DNA of 63,191 nt, filler included, from Choristocarpus tenellus KU-1152 (GCA_964200185.2; 9 parts of 9 records of this genome joined end to end with filler, not necessarily neighbours in it); one strand, 5' to 3'; shown: positions 40,986 to 54,405, counted from the whole stretch's first letter. A program made the numbers and translations. The notes: generated by a model not told the origin, from the letters alone.

Positions 40986-41414
40986 CCTCCAGGGTGTGAT
41001 CGTACACAGATAGGTCTACAGGAGGCATCTGAACCACCACAGCATGGTTGTGGTTCTTGCCATCAGCGAGCCGGCGTTGATGGCATTGAGTGCTTGTCCT
41101 TGTGCATGCGACCTCATAGTTGAAGTTGATTCCTGCAGTGCTCGTGTAGTAAGACTGCAACAAGTGAGGGGAGTCTCCAATCAGGGGTATGCAAACCGCA
41201 AAATGGTATACTTAGGAAGCTTTCATGCGAGCGAAAGCGTGTAGATTTTGGCGGCAGTTCAGGTTGGAGGGCTGGCTCGCCAAGAAGGCGGCTTTAAGAT
41301 TTTGTGTACATTTTGTTTTGCGCATCTTTGAAGACACAAGGTTGGTGGCGAGAAGCCCTTCCCACCACCCGGATCTCCACACTCAACCGGCATTCCACGA
41401 GTTACTGCTTATAC
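40986..41414 (-). pseudogene. Exon-like segment with two in-frame stops, possibly a decayed downstream exon of the ACBP-domain gene
   Basis: CCAG acceptor and GAG|GTACGT donor. One frame reads ISSNSWNAG*VWRSGWWEG...MKAS*VYHF...VDLSVYDHTLE. Confidence 0.35.
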
Positions 41415-42290
41415 CTGGTCAAAGTTGCACTGAATGTATCAAATGATGAATTCCCGGTTGGAAAGTCTCTACTATAACATAGTTGGGAGAATAGTAGCAG
41501 GTGGGAGCACATTAGTGACGCAGGTGCACTTTGCACTGGATAAAACCAGCAATTGCGTGCAAGAATGGGTAATTGGACTAATTGCAATTCTAGATAATCC
41601 CTGAGAAAAGAGATGGGCAGAATTTAGATAGTGATACAATTAAGGGGTACAGTCGCCTCCCCTTAATAAATTCTCCTCCCTCGGATTCTCCTTGTTTTTT
41701 TTTGGGGGGGGGGAGGGGGGGTTGGTGATGGGTAACCAAAAGATGTGCTTGTTACACCCACATAATCCCTTTGAGTGAGAAGACGACAGTGTTGCAGCAA
41801 AAATGTGATATGCTATGTGCAGTACTGCTGAAATGTCGTGCTTGGCGCCTTCTTGGGCATGTCTTTTTTCAGGCGATTGTGAGTTGTAGCTCATGACCAT
41901 ATGCAGAGAAGCATGCAAGGTAGAAGCACTGCACAGCATGTGGGGGGTACTGTGATTGAACTAAACTTGTTTGTCAAAGCTCAGGATACAGAGAAATACC
42001 GGGAGGTCTGCCGTGCTTCCCAACTTTACTAGCATGGTGAAATATATATATATATTTCATAGGATCAAAAAAATTATATATGCCACACAACCAGTTTTCA
42101 AGTCTTATCATATTACTAGAGTGTCATATGTAATCCACTTGTTGGGACTCAGTCAATGCCCTCCAATTGGAAGCTGGACCAAGATGCGCAGTGCTCTTGA
42201 GCAATCAAATGTAAATCATGTTCATGGATAGTGCTGCTGATACACTGTAGACACCAGTGGTGGAGTAGATCTAGAAACGTAGAGCCAGTT

Positions 42291-42548
42291 GAACGAAAGT
42301 ATCTTAGAGGGTACGAGTTTTGGCCTGTTAGTCCATTTGGGGCTTGGCTCCCCATGTTTTTTTTCATGACATTTTCCTACTCCAAAATGTGTCGGAGTAG
42401 GTAAAATATGTACGTTATGAAAAGGTGTGTCGGGAACAAGGATATTGACACTTCTGACAAACACGATAGCCAAAATTACATCAAAATCGCAATATTGGAT
42501 TTTAGCCCCCAAATGGACGCGGCGCTACCCTCTAAGATACTTTGGCTC
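42291..42548. mobile_element. MITE subfamily B (258 bp), related to family A
   Basis: TIRs GAACGAAAGTATCTTAGAGGGTA...TACCCTCTAAGATACTTTGGCTC with AGTT on both flanks. Shares the internal CCAAATGGAC motif with family A. Confidence 0.8.
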
Positions 42549-43116
42549 AGTTATGTTTTTTCACCTATTTCCTGTTTAGCTCTACCCCCAGACCATGTGT
42601 TGCCGGGACCTGTTATTAGATTATCTGTTCATGCATCACATATGGTACTGGTGATCCAGTGGTAGTATTTTTTCTTTTTATCTACCCTTTTTTTAGAGAG
42701 TCAACATAACAATAACAAAAACAATAGTAATATGGTGGTGGGGAGGAGGAGATGATTGAGCACCCTGTCAGGTATCGAGAATGAACTTGGTGAGGTTGGG
42801 AGGATGAGACATCGTTCAAAGGGGAAGACTCACAAGGTGAGTGTGGGAAGTTCTTACTGTTGAAATAGAAGGGCGGTCTACATTTGTCTCACCCCAACTG
42901 CTTCAGCCAATGGGATGGAGACAACAAGTCCCTTGTAACACTAATATTATATATTCGCACCAAGCCATATATTGTCCTTGCCCAAGGCATGTGATTGACC
43001 ATCTTATCTGTGTGTCCATGTGTGGAATACTTCAACAAATCATCCATCTCTAATTTTCCTTCCAAAGTCTCTTTCCTAGGTCTACCATCACAGGTGTATG
43101 TCGTCACTTTGCTCAC

Positions 43117-44238
43117 CTTAAGACCCAGCACTCTATCCCGTTGCAGCAAAATTGCATCCTCGGAGAAACTTGTGAAATTCTCTTGCATTTCCACCAGCAA
43201 CAAAAATTGTCGCTCAAGGACCTTCAATAAGTCATTAATAGGAAAGAGGCACGAAGGGGGAGACTTGGTCGAATCGTTAGCTCACAGAAAACACCACCAT
43301 TTCAAATCTGGGAGACAAGAAATTCTCTCACCTTTTTGATCATTTTAATGAAAGTTCCAGTAACTATGCAAGGCTGGAAGCCACTGCATTCTGGGCGCAT
43401 GTAAAAGCTCTTGAAGCACAAACCTTGTTTGGGAGTTATTGGTCTGTGCAAACCCAGAGAGCATCTTTGTTCTGTAGTGACCTTATCAAGCCACTCCTTT
43501 AGTCTGACGTAGTCTGCCAAGGCGGGGTTATTTTCCAGTTCATGCTCCAGCACATGCCCATACTTATCCATCACAGGGCGGGGGCAACCAATCTTAGAGT
43601 TACTGTATGGGCAAATCGGTTCGCCCGTCTCTGCTCGAGGAAAGCCCAAGGGGACAGCATGGTATGGCTTCACCAGGAGAAGGCGAATATCTACTTCACG
43701 TAAGAGGGAAAGAAAACGGCGCTTTGCCATTGAAGTAGGAGTACCCGCATAGCCACGCCACAGGTCCAGGACCTTCTTCTCGAAGTCTGTATTCCAGTCT
43801 GCCTTGTTGCAATCACCCTGAGTTGCTTGTTTATAAACTGCATTGATGCGGGCCTGTCAGGAGTGATATTCTATCATCAAGGTGTTGACGTCGTATCATC
43901 TTGTTTCAAATAAATATTTCGATTGACGTCGTTGTTACTAGTATTTTGAAGTACGTACGGTATGGAATGTTAGACACTACTCCTGCTACTACTACTACTA
44001 CTACTACTCCTCAAAAGTTGGTTAGGCATACCCTCTTGTCCTTCCCTGGATTCGGCCCCTTGTAGGTTTTCCAGTTGGTGACGCACATAAGGAACATATT
44101 GTCCAGATGTTTGGGATCCGTGGGAAGTTCACCAACGGAACAGGTCGGCAGGAGTTTCTTGGTCGCCGCCAGGATAGCCTTGTTGTCCTCGAAGCCATCC
44201 TTGTTGCAATGTACTCTGTCTATCATGTCGTCAAGCAA
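43117..44238 (-). CDS. Acyl-CoA-binding (ACBP) domain-containing protein, partial and possibly decaying; exons ~44238-44032, 43853-43332, 43221-43117
   Basis: LDNMFLMCVTNWKTYKGPNPGKDKR|ARINAVYKQATQGDCN...FEKKVLDLWRGYAG...MAKRRFLSLL contains the ACBP YKQAT.GDCN signature. Introns are phase 0. The true start and end are unresolved. Confidence 0.7.
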
Positions 44239-44773
44239 GCTACATGCAGAGCTGCTCCTATTACTTCCCTTTCCTCAACCTCATCCAAAACCACACCCTA
44301 TTTGGCGATGCGAACAAAGTGAACTTGGAGCCTACAGTATTGACCTGTTCACCAAAGCAAGTTTTTGAACAAATATATGCCGCATCCTCCAATGCTAACA
44401 CCAGAAAAATCTTGACTTCCCTCGACAGAATGCCGAGCTCATTAGTGGAGACCTTACTCAGTTAACCAGCCATCGGTTAAGAAATTACGCCAACACATTC
44501 TTCTGATAGTTCCGATTATTGGGTGTTTATTTACGTCTATCTTGCACATCATCGACCACAACGTTTCACTCTTTTTTATTCTATTTTCTACATTTTACAT
44601 TTCTTAACAGTTTACAATTATATATTTTCAAGTCAAGGCCTCCCCAGGTTTATAACACCCGAATGAAGTCCTAACCCTAAGAACCACACATTGAACTCGA
44701 AGGGGAAGAGACAGAGGTTGGGAGTAGACAGAGATTTCACTGGGACTTGCAGGGAATTGGAGGCATAGAAACC

Positions 44774-45625
44774 ATGAAAAATCTGCTGATAGCTCTCGGT
44801 GCAGGTAAGATAATCTCTGCCTGAAATATATGTCATTTCTTATGACATACATAGACGATGCAGTACCCACATTCCCTTACAAGATGTATGTATCCCTCAT
44901 TTCACTTCCCATCCTTCCTACGCAGGGGCGTTAGTTCCAGCAACCGTTGGTTTTACGATTCCAAACCTACCAGTTGTACGAACTAGACTGGCTCCCTTTG
45001 CGATGCAGGCTTCCTCAAACGAAGCCCCAAGCTACAAGGAGAGGTTGCAGGAGGCACAGGCGAAGAGGCGACCCAAGTCAAATTTCGAACCCCCCCCAAC
45101 AACACCTACGACATCCCCCATTGCCGAAAAATCCCGAACGCCCGCGAAAGAACCCAGAAGCGACCCAGTCTCGCCATTCTCTACAGAGATCCAGGAGGAA
45201 CTACGGGTTGCCATCAATCTACTAACAGCGCGAATGCAGAGGGATGCACCAATGAGCGTAGACGAATTTGAACGGTTCGAGCAAGCAGTTGCTCTTATCG
45301 TCGAAGATGCCTTGCCACAACAAGAATTGCCGTCTCCAAAGGTGGAGATGCCGACGCCAAAGGTAGAGATGCCTCCGACTCCACAGTCTGTGGCTTCTTC
45401 AAAGGTCGAAGAGACCGTACCTACTTCGCAGGAAGACACAGAGGACGATGACGAGTCCGAAGGACCAGCATGGGATCCTACACAAGGATATGGGATTTCG
45501 CCTAGTACAACTAATACATACGTTATCGAGGGTATGGGGACCATGGACGCGGACGAGTATCAGGAAGCCTTGAGAGAAAAAGTGATCAAGCGGGCTCAGG
45601 AAGTGAGGGAAACTGGGAAATACGG
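44774..45625 (+). CDS. Plastid-targeted uncharacterised protein; exons 44774-44804 and 44926-45625, last exon(s) not located
   Basis: Spliced N-terminus MKNLLIALGAGALVPATVG-FTIPNLPVVRTRLAPFAMQ: signal peptide, Phe at +1 (ASAFAP-type), then a basic transit peptide. GTGAGC donor at 45626. Confidence 0.75.
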
Positions 45626-47752
45626 GTGAGCCCCCCCCTCTGCCAGCTGCCACATGCTGCAGTCTTGTGGCACTTGAGTTTAACCGTCAGTGTCCTTTAT
45701 GATCTTCTCAACCTGAGAAAGGAGGTACTGCCTTGATCATTTGGGTTTTGCGTGTTCCATCACTAGCTTGATTGGATGAAGCTGGCTACAAAATAGTTAG
45801 GGGTATGTGGTACAATGAAGGCATACCACACATTTTTTCTTTGTAAGGGTGCCACCTTGTGACAGGGGACTATGGTGGCCCGGATGAATAATACTTCCCA
45901 GTGGGCTGTCGCATTGAATTTCGTGCTTTACGTATCACTAGATATTGAACTATGTAAAATAGCGTAATATCTTAAACAGTTCCTTTCTCCCTCCCCCACG
46001 CCTCAATTCCCCCCTTGCTGCGCCACTCCTCACGACTGTATTCTATTGGTTCCCCACCCCATACCTTGACAGGAATATTGTAGCCAAGGACTACCTCAAA
46101 TTTTTGAACAAACAGCCCAAGGTTGGTGATGAAATCTACAAAAAGGAGATGGGAAAAGAGAGGCGAGAGAAGTTCAAAGATTACTGAACTACAGCATGGC
46201 AAAGGGTGTGTACTAAGTTGGAAAGGTGTGCTGCACATGGACAACAAAATACGACCGTGTGATAAGGAACCTGGATGGTTCCTGAAGTCACGTGTTTCAT
46301 TGGCATCATGTTGGGGTTGTGCCAATGTAGTAAAACTTTAGACAAGATCATGCATAGCAGAGGGTGTAGTTACCTCCAGCAGCAGGAAGGAGGATTGGGT
46401 TTTACAGAGTGGATCTGTAGGAGCCCCAAGAATATGAGGCAGAAGTGGGGGGTGGGGTTGATCATGTGGACCATATGGAAGTACTGGAACTGTTGAGGCA
46501 GCTCATTGTTATATTTGGTGATCTTAAATGGTTCTATGTGCATGACCTTTTGAGACAGTTGTTTCTTTTCCCCTATGCACCTTTCATGTTGCATTGAAAT
46601 ATATGGTTGCTTTTGGACAGTGGCTAGGTCCTTCGTGGAGATTTGTGTGATTTTTAATTCTCAGTGGCATGATTCTGTGTATTGGGTGAGGAGGTCCATA
46701 TTTGTGTCACTTTTGGAAATCAAATTATTCTACCCAACTGTTTCCCTACCACCTGTGAGTTAGATCTGTTGTTGAGCAACCTCCTGTTAAGTATTTGGTA
46801 CTAACTACTAGCAGTATACAATTGAAGTCCCTCCAGTGCGCGGAGATGCTTTCAGAGACTTCAATTATCATCTACATCAACTCGAGAACCCTGTTTGACG
46901 TATCTCTTTTAATCTCTTCCAGCCCAACTTGTGTTCCTGAGTCACTGTTGTAAAATTGGAGTGGTGGGTGCTCATATTCTTAAACAAGGAAAATCAAGGA
47001 TTCAAACCATTCACTCTATGCAATGAGAATTGCTGAAGATAACATTGTGCTTTTTGCCATTTTTTGTGGATCTTTTAAAGGTTTTCATACATTTACTGTA
47101 AATATTAAAAAGTTAAAAACCACCAAATCACGAGAAGGCAGTTAATTGTCATTCTGTTCACTCTCAACTCCAATTGCCCCAAGTACTGCATTCACCAAAG
47201 TTCATTGCCTACCTGGTAATCCTGCTCTCACCGATATGGAGGGCACAAATTCAGCCAGCTGCATCAAAAGTTTGGTTCCCCATCTGTCATGATATTACCC
47301 CCCCGCTCTCCAATATGAAACAAGCTATTTACGGTACTCTCCTCTAGTATCCTACTCAAAGTCTGTCACATTGCCAACACTTGACGTGAAATGCAAGGGA
47401 ATATCAGTATACATGCCACAAATCTTGCCTGTGCTACCCAAACAGTACTGATATGTACTCGATATGTTGTGAGGTTGGACTTTGGGGGCCAGGTGTCAGG
47501 TAGTCCAGGGCTTGTTGGCCTCTGCCAGGTGTCTTTGTACAGTCTTCGCCTGCTATTGCCAATGCCCCTTCTGTCCTCTCCCATACCCGTATGCCTATGT
47601 ATGTGCAGAGTCACCTGCATCACTGTGAATCTCTACCTGCCCAGAATTAATGACACTGTCACAGGATCTAACTAATGCTGTAGATCCCCATCTCCAGTGG
47701 GGACCATTCCTGGAGAATCCTACCCTACAAGGCAGGCCTCTCTAATCTGGTG

Positions 47753-49328
47753 TCAGCTTGTTGGTCTCATATGCTTGGAGTACGCCTGGGTGTTTCAGAA
47801 ATAAAGGAGTGGGAGAAAAAATGGTGTGGGGGGAGGGGGGGGAGAGTACCAAACTGTGAGTGTGTATGAGGGTCAAAGTAGTATCCACAGATCACAAACT
47901 AGGCACAAGTGCAATCACTGAGCAAAGAACAACAGCTGAACAAAAAAAAGCACTGCTGGTTCTAAGGAGGAGCTCCCTACCAACCCCCCCAGCCCTAATG
48001 TTCTGTTCTGAGAGGCTACTTTGCCCATGAACACCTTCGATATTTAGTACAAACTATGGGGACATGGAGTATCGTTTGGTATCACGATGATGCAGCATTG
48101 AGAATTCGAATTGTGCTCAAAACATCTTGGAGAGGAAGGTATCCACAGGTGGCAAGAGTGACATACATCAGTCCTTAAGTGAACAGCATTGTGTTGAACA
48201 CACATGGGTTTCATGGAAAGTGTAGGAAATCCTTCCCATGAGCAACAATAGTGCCCAGGAGTGAACACTGAGGCAGAAGGGTTCAACTATGAAAAACTGA
48301 AAAGTAGTATGGATAAATTGGAGATTTACTATTCCATCACCCAATATCTCTCACTTCACTGCCAGACTAACCTTCAAAGCAGCTGCAATGGCCGGTCCAT
48401 CCGTAGCCAATCCAACTGCCTGCTGCAACTGCTTGGCCACCTGACAGAGACAAACCAATCACAAGAAAGGGAAGGATGTCAAGGGGGCTCGAGTGGATAC
48501 TGTTGAAGCGCTTACACACATGTCTAGTGCACACCTTCAAGGATCACACAACTACCATCACAGACAGTGCCATCTTCCCTAACACTACTACAAAAACACT
48601 CTGAGACCCTAGACCGCAACCCTCTCCGAGTAGATTGATCCCTCTTCCAAAAGAAGCACAGATCAATTCCAATGGAAGAAGCCCTCTTGATCTCTGCCCA
48701 CCTTCCCTCATTTATCCCTTCTCACAGCCCCCAAAACAATTCTGTAACATCTTTACCTGAGGCGGGCAGTTGCTTGCAAGAGCCCCTCTTCCCACAAAAT
48801 CCACTGAGCCCTGGGAGGCAGTCCGAGCCTCCAACACCAGAATTCCCATCTGGTTCACAGCACTGACGGAGACAGCGTCACGGAGGTTCAGTCCCCTTGT
48901 ACCTGGTACCACGAGACAGCGCAGGGCAGCAGGCACACCCTTCTCCAGTACAAAGGCCGTCACCCCAGCCTGCGCCCCAGGGTCCATGTCCACCGTAGGA
49001 TCTGTTCCATTCCATTCCCCTTGGCCTCTTGCCCGTGCCCGAGCCTGCACCTTCCCCATCCCACCCCCATGCCCCTCTCTTCCTCCCGACGGATTGATCG
49101 GCTTGACGGCACCATTTGACTGCGTGGTGATGCCCCCAGGACCGGTCACCGCCTGTAGGCGATTGAACCCCCTTAGCAGCAAAGCAAAGATGCTGAGACA
49201 GCTCTTCTTGGCCGTGGCATCTTCTTGGTTGGCAATCCCATTCAGTACAGAGAGCAGAACGCCATCCAGGTGTGGCCGGTTTGCAGGGCTCGATAGCACC
49301 CCAGCCAGGCCATTGCACACAAGGTGCT
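47753..49328 (-). CDS. XPOT: Exportin-T (XPOT/Los1/PAUSED) C-terminal part; exons 49328-48757, 48440-48372, 47785-47753
   Basis: HLDGVLLSVLNGIANQEDATAKKSCLSIFALL...AFVLEKGVPAAL...LNLRDAVSVSAV...CPPQ|VAKQLQQAV...AAALK|AYSK parallels the exportin-T C-terminus as recalled. Phase-0 introns lead to TGA. Confidence 0.75.
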
Positions 49329-50663
49329 NNNNNNNNNNNNNNNNNNNNNNNNNNNNNNNNNNNNNNNNNNNNTTAATTAATTAANNNNNNNNNNNNNNNN
49401 NNNNNNNNNNNNNNNNNNNNNNNNNNNNATGCAACTATATATAGAGATACACATATATGTATGTGTACATAAGACCCCCCCCCCTCCCCACCTCTAACCA
49501 TAAACTCCAGTATGGCTATTTGTCTGGAAAATCATAATTTTGGAAGACTTTGCCCCTCTCCCCCACCCCCCTCCACCCCCCCTCAACACCCGAGAAGTAT
49601 GAGATTCCCCTTTTCTACAGAGTGTTACATGTGGCGCTCTGTAGCGATATGAGCCAGAGGAGTGAAAGTGCTTTCCGATTTTTTTGTCCTGATAAATGTT
49701 TGTTTCGGTATTGAGATTTTTTTGTCCGATTTTTTTGTCCTGATGACTGTAGCATCATACATAAACTTGAAAGTTTATCCCCTTCGTGCTTGATTTAAAA
49801 ATGTATATATTTATATATATTTATAAATTTATATATACATATATATATATTGGCATGAAAGATGCCGTTCATCTATTTATTTGTTCTTGAGATGACCTTG
49901 CACAGTCTTCCAGTTGATCTTCTAAAAAAATTTCTAACAGTACCACCCTTGCCGATCACTCCCCCAAAAAATGTTCTTATATTTAAATCGATATCGAAAC
50001 TGCTCATCGTAAAGTTTTAAAATGTTTCACTAACTGTTTATGATCACAAGTCATGTTTCACTAAGAGGTTGGGGTGTGCACGAAACATCGATCTGATGAG
50101 TGCTGCGCCAATTTCTCCTGTCTCATCATCATGAACCAAATCACAGACAGAGTGGAGTGAGCCTGCGAATACGCCCTTAATACAACTGCCTGCCATGCTA
50201 GCACCCTCTTTTAGGTTGTTATGACACCCTTTTGAAAAGTACCGTTGGTGTTCTAGAATTCACTAGTTATTGTTCTGTCTTCATCCAAAAAATAAAAAGT
50301 AACATAATCTGGGTGCTTGGAACAAAAACATAACAGTAATAAAGTAGTGCTACTATTCACACAGCCATCTTTTTCTTTTATGTTTTTACTTCATAATATT
50401 TTGATACTCTTTTCATAACATCTTAAAAAGAAAACATTATTTTATTTTGAAGAAAAACACAAAAAAAAAAACCTCATGAATAAAAATATGATACGCACTA
50501 TCAACACCAACTACAATTAGATTGAAATCATAATAATAATAATAATAATAATATAGTCATGTTTTTCCCTTTTTGTCTGTGATTACAATGTGTGACACAC
50601 CATTCCCTCCCCCCCCAAAAAAAAAAAAAAAAATCAACTCAACAACAACAAAAACATCAACAG

Positions 50664-51789
50664 GGCAACTGAGGCGGCCTGTGTTTAACACGGCGAACAG
50701 GGTCAACAATGCCAAGAGGGTAGGGACCAAGAAAGTAGAAAACCGAAACAATTATGGCAATCCAGCAGAGGATGGCGTTTTTGGAGTGGATGTTATGAGG
50801 ATTGGGTTCAGCAACATAAAACACAACCTCGTGGTACGTGGCTGTATCTATATCTACATTATATCTGTTCCTATATCCGTATCTATATCTACATCTACAT
50901 CTGTATCTGTATCTGTATCTTATTTATATCTACATCTATGTATGTTCCTGTATCTGTATTTATATCTACATCTATATCTGTTCCTATATATATTTTGTAT
51001 TTATACATAGGTTTGTAGGAAAATAGGCGTTGTCTTGATGCGATACGTAATTGTCCAATGAGACGCATCGCCTTGTATGATATTTGTAGGTGTAGTACAA
51101 GGCAACGCTGTGGATTTGTACAGGCTGTAATTTATTTATTTTTTTTAAGAAAACGTCAAGAAGTTTAAAAACGTAGGTAAAACCCAATTGGTCGAAATTA
51201 GTACAGTCAAGACATCCATTGGTCAAGACATCAATTGGTCTGTACTGATCGAAATTGGGTTGTGAGCTTGAAGCCCCTTGTGGAACACAGTATGACAGTA
51301 GGTACTGATCATTTTTTTTATTGATCACATTTCACCAAAGACTTGGCCCTTTTTGTAAAAAAGTGCATATTATTCCTCTCGTTCCCCCACCCATGTTCTT
51401 GCCCCTTCACCTCTCCCACCCCTTCCTTGGCTCCCCCGATCTCCCCTTTGCCCCATGCATCAACCCACTATCCCCCATGTCCTCCAATGTACCTACACAG
51501 GGGATGAGGGATCCTCCTTACATGCCCCCCTCCTCAGAACCCCCATGGAAATGATCAGGCTAGGCCCTAAAACAAAACCTCTGAACCCCTTCCTTGGATG
51601 GCGGTGTGGTACAATGATTGTATTACATGGCAGGCGGTGCACATGATGGCTTGGACATGTCCTGAGGGTCAGGTTCGGTTGACATGCACGTACAACAAGG
51701 AGATCATCAAGAAGGAACGTCCAGAGGTATACCTTTATTCTCATAAGTTTATGAGAACCGTCAAGCACACCATTGCCCATCGCATGCAG
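50664..51789 (+). pseudogene. Two exon-like segments (50664-50833, 51559-51789) of an unidentified gene, with an in-frame TAA at 51568
   Basis: Good AG/GT borders and compatible phase. The translation ...HNLV|ARP*NKTSEPLPWMAVWYND...TCPEGQVRLTCTYNKE...PEVYLYSH loosely recalls a GT10 fucosyltransferase N-terminus. Confidence 0.3.
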
Positions 51790-52050
51790 GTAATAATAAT
51801 AATAATAATATAAGAAAGGATGAGTGGATGGGTGGATGGATGGGTGGACAAATGAAGGAATAAATAGGAAGATGGAGACCCATCTGTGGGACTTGTTCTT
51901 GGGAAGGGGGGGGGGGGAGGGGGGGGGAAANNNNNNNNNNNNNNNNNNNNNNNNNNNNNNNNNNNNNNNNNNNNTTAATTAATTAANNNNNNNNNNNNNN
52001 NNNNNNNNNNNNNNNNNNNNNNNNNNNNNNCCCCTGACAAAGGGGTTTGT

Positions 52051-52085
<35 letters not shown>

Positions 52086-54117
52086 GGGGGGGGGGAAAGG
52101 AATACTTGGCGGGGGGGGGGGGGAGGGGGGGCTTGGAGAGAGGGCAGAGCTAAGATCTACCTGCGTCATCAATGTTTTTGTAGTGGCATCATGTAGATTT
52201 GATGAAGGGCATTGCAAAAGTGTACGGGAAGTTTTGTGGGAAAGAGTCAGTGGGTACTTGCACTGAGGTTGTGGATTAAGAGGATTTATTGTCAGGTGCT
52301 TGCAAGGGCTTGCTCAGGTTGTCTTTACTTGGCTTTTGTCGTACTGGGCCTTGCCTGTCCCGTCCCATCCCGTCCTGTTCTGTCCCTTTTCAGCTTGGAT
52401 GGAATAAGTTGTACTCAGAGTACTCCTGATGATTTGCTTGCCCACAACAGGAAGGCGTGGTTGTGTCTGTTTTTTGTCCTAGTCTATTGGGATACCTGTT
52501 TTCAGTTTCATTTTCATTTTCTTGGTGATCACTTTTAATAACTCGCGCCTCTCAATTTTGTTCCGTCTGTCTAGTCCAAACCATTGTACCAAGTACTGCG
52601 CTGGGAGTTCTCGGTTTTTGGTACTATGTATGACAATATGTTTGTTTGTCGATGCACTCCATCAAGTAGAGAGGTTGCATCAAAGAATACTTTTGCGTGC
52701 AAAGATGGAATATATCGTTTTTACACACGCCTCTGTTTTAGTACTGGTTTCAAGTATGAAGCAGTCAGCTTTGAAGCATTTTTGGGGCATTCTTCTGGTA
52801 GATGGTCGTCCTCTTCCCTCTACTCTTTTCAACATAAAGAAAGCCTTCCTGTGCATCACCATTGCCTATTGTGGTAGCTTGCATTCTAGACCTGGTACTA
52901 AATTAATGACAGTCAAGAGGGCTTAGTCACCGATAATAAGCATTTGTGCCCTTGTTGGGTGCAGTGGGAGCCCACATTATCCAACGGCTACACTGTTTGT
53001 GCAGGGGAATAAAAAGATGGCTTAGAATGCAAAAGTGCCCAAACCTGCCTACCTCTCAATTGGTTCGGCCCTTTTCTCCTGTGTTTGGGAGGAGATCTAG
53101 GGTTGAGGGTTGTTGACACAAACAATTCCGCCTCTCTTGTGCGAGGGGTACAGTAATGTATAGAATATTATATGTTTCATTTCCAATAATTTTGTTCTTC
53201 AAAGGTGCCATATCCATCTATTTCTATTCCGATATTCGTTAATATTTTTGAATCTTCGCTTATTTCTCCGCGATTTCTCGTATCATTATCTGTTGCCTGT
53301 TCTTCCACCTCCCTCAGCATGGCTGCTCACCATCACAACTGTTCGTGACTGTGTTGTCAAAGACAATTGCAAGACACGTACGTATGTGTGTGTAAGTTTA
53401 TATTTTAATTCTGACGTTGAAGTTGTCATCTCCTGATGGAACAGATTCCATGCTTTTTTTTCCTCTCTCCGATACATACTTTTCTAACAACCGTTGGTGA
53501 AAACAGCATCTTTTCCATCTCATTATCTCAACAAAAAAACTGTTGGGATTCGTTTTGCTTTGCTTAGGGGGGAGGGACCTGGGGCACCCAGGCGACAGCC
53601 ACGGGAACATCCTGTGGCCCCTTGTATATACTATAGGTATTTTAAGACTATCCAGAACATGAAAGTAGTGAGTAGACGTAACAATCTTCGAGTGGTGCCA
53701 ATTTTCTAGGTGCTCCAAACAGTGCAATCTTAGTGAGAGCGACAGACTGTGATGTCTGCAGAAAATCTCACGAGCATGCTTTTATAGGTGTTAGTACAAT
53801 ATCACCAAGATGGCGTGGTGTACACTTACTCAATTCCCCCCCCCCCCAAAATTACTGAGGGGTGAATGAACCCATATTGATGACTTAGGTACTGATATGT
53901 TGTAGCAAGTTGTGCTCGCCTGTCAGATTGTATCAACTACAATGTGGAAGGCCTCTCCATTTTCGCCCGTGTGCTAGGGTTGTGCTGGACGATTGCTGGC
54001 ATTATTGATGTCATGTCCAATGGCGCCTACTGGTCTTCACAACATTACTTTTTGCTGAACGCTGTTTTCGTTTTGGGCTGATTTCTCTTGCATCGTTTGC
54101 TCACTTTCTTTCTTCTC

Positions 54118-54405
54118 TTCCCTCCCTCCCCCTCCCTTACGTTCTTGTTAAGTTTTTGGGTGATGAGTTTCTCCTGTGGGTTCTCAATTTCTCCCTTTTC
54201 ATTTTTCTTTTTCACTTATTTTTTTCTTACTTATCTCCACCTTTTATGATCCTTGTTGCCTTTCCCTCCCTCCCCCTCCCTTACGTTCTTGTTAAGTTTT
54301 TGGGTGATGAGTTTCTCCTGTGGGTTCTCAATTTCTCCCTTTTCATTTTTCTTTTTCACTTGTTTTTTTCTTACTTATCTCCACCTTTTATGATCCTTGT
54401 TGCCT
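54118..54405. repeat. 144-bp near-perfect tandem duplication
   Basis: Units start at 54118 and 54262 and are almost identical (an A/G difference at cacttA/Gtttt). Confidence 0.92.

Noticed and set aside
41648-41954. Possible Tc1/pogo-type MITE (TA-CAGT...ACTG-TG)
   Set aside because: TIRs are short and mismatched, the TSD is imperfect and no second copy was seen.
47753-49328. Functional link between exportin-T and the tRNA fragment at 30413
   Set aside because: They lie on different contigs, so co-occurrence results from concatenation.
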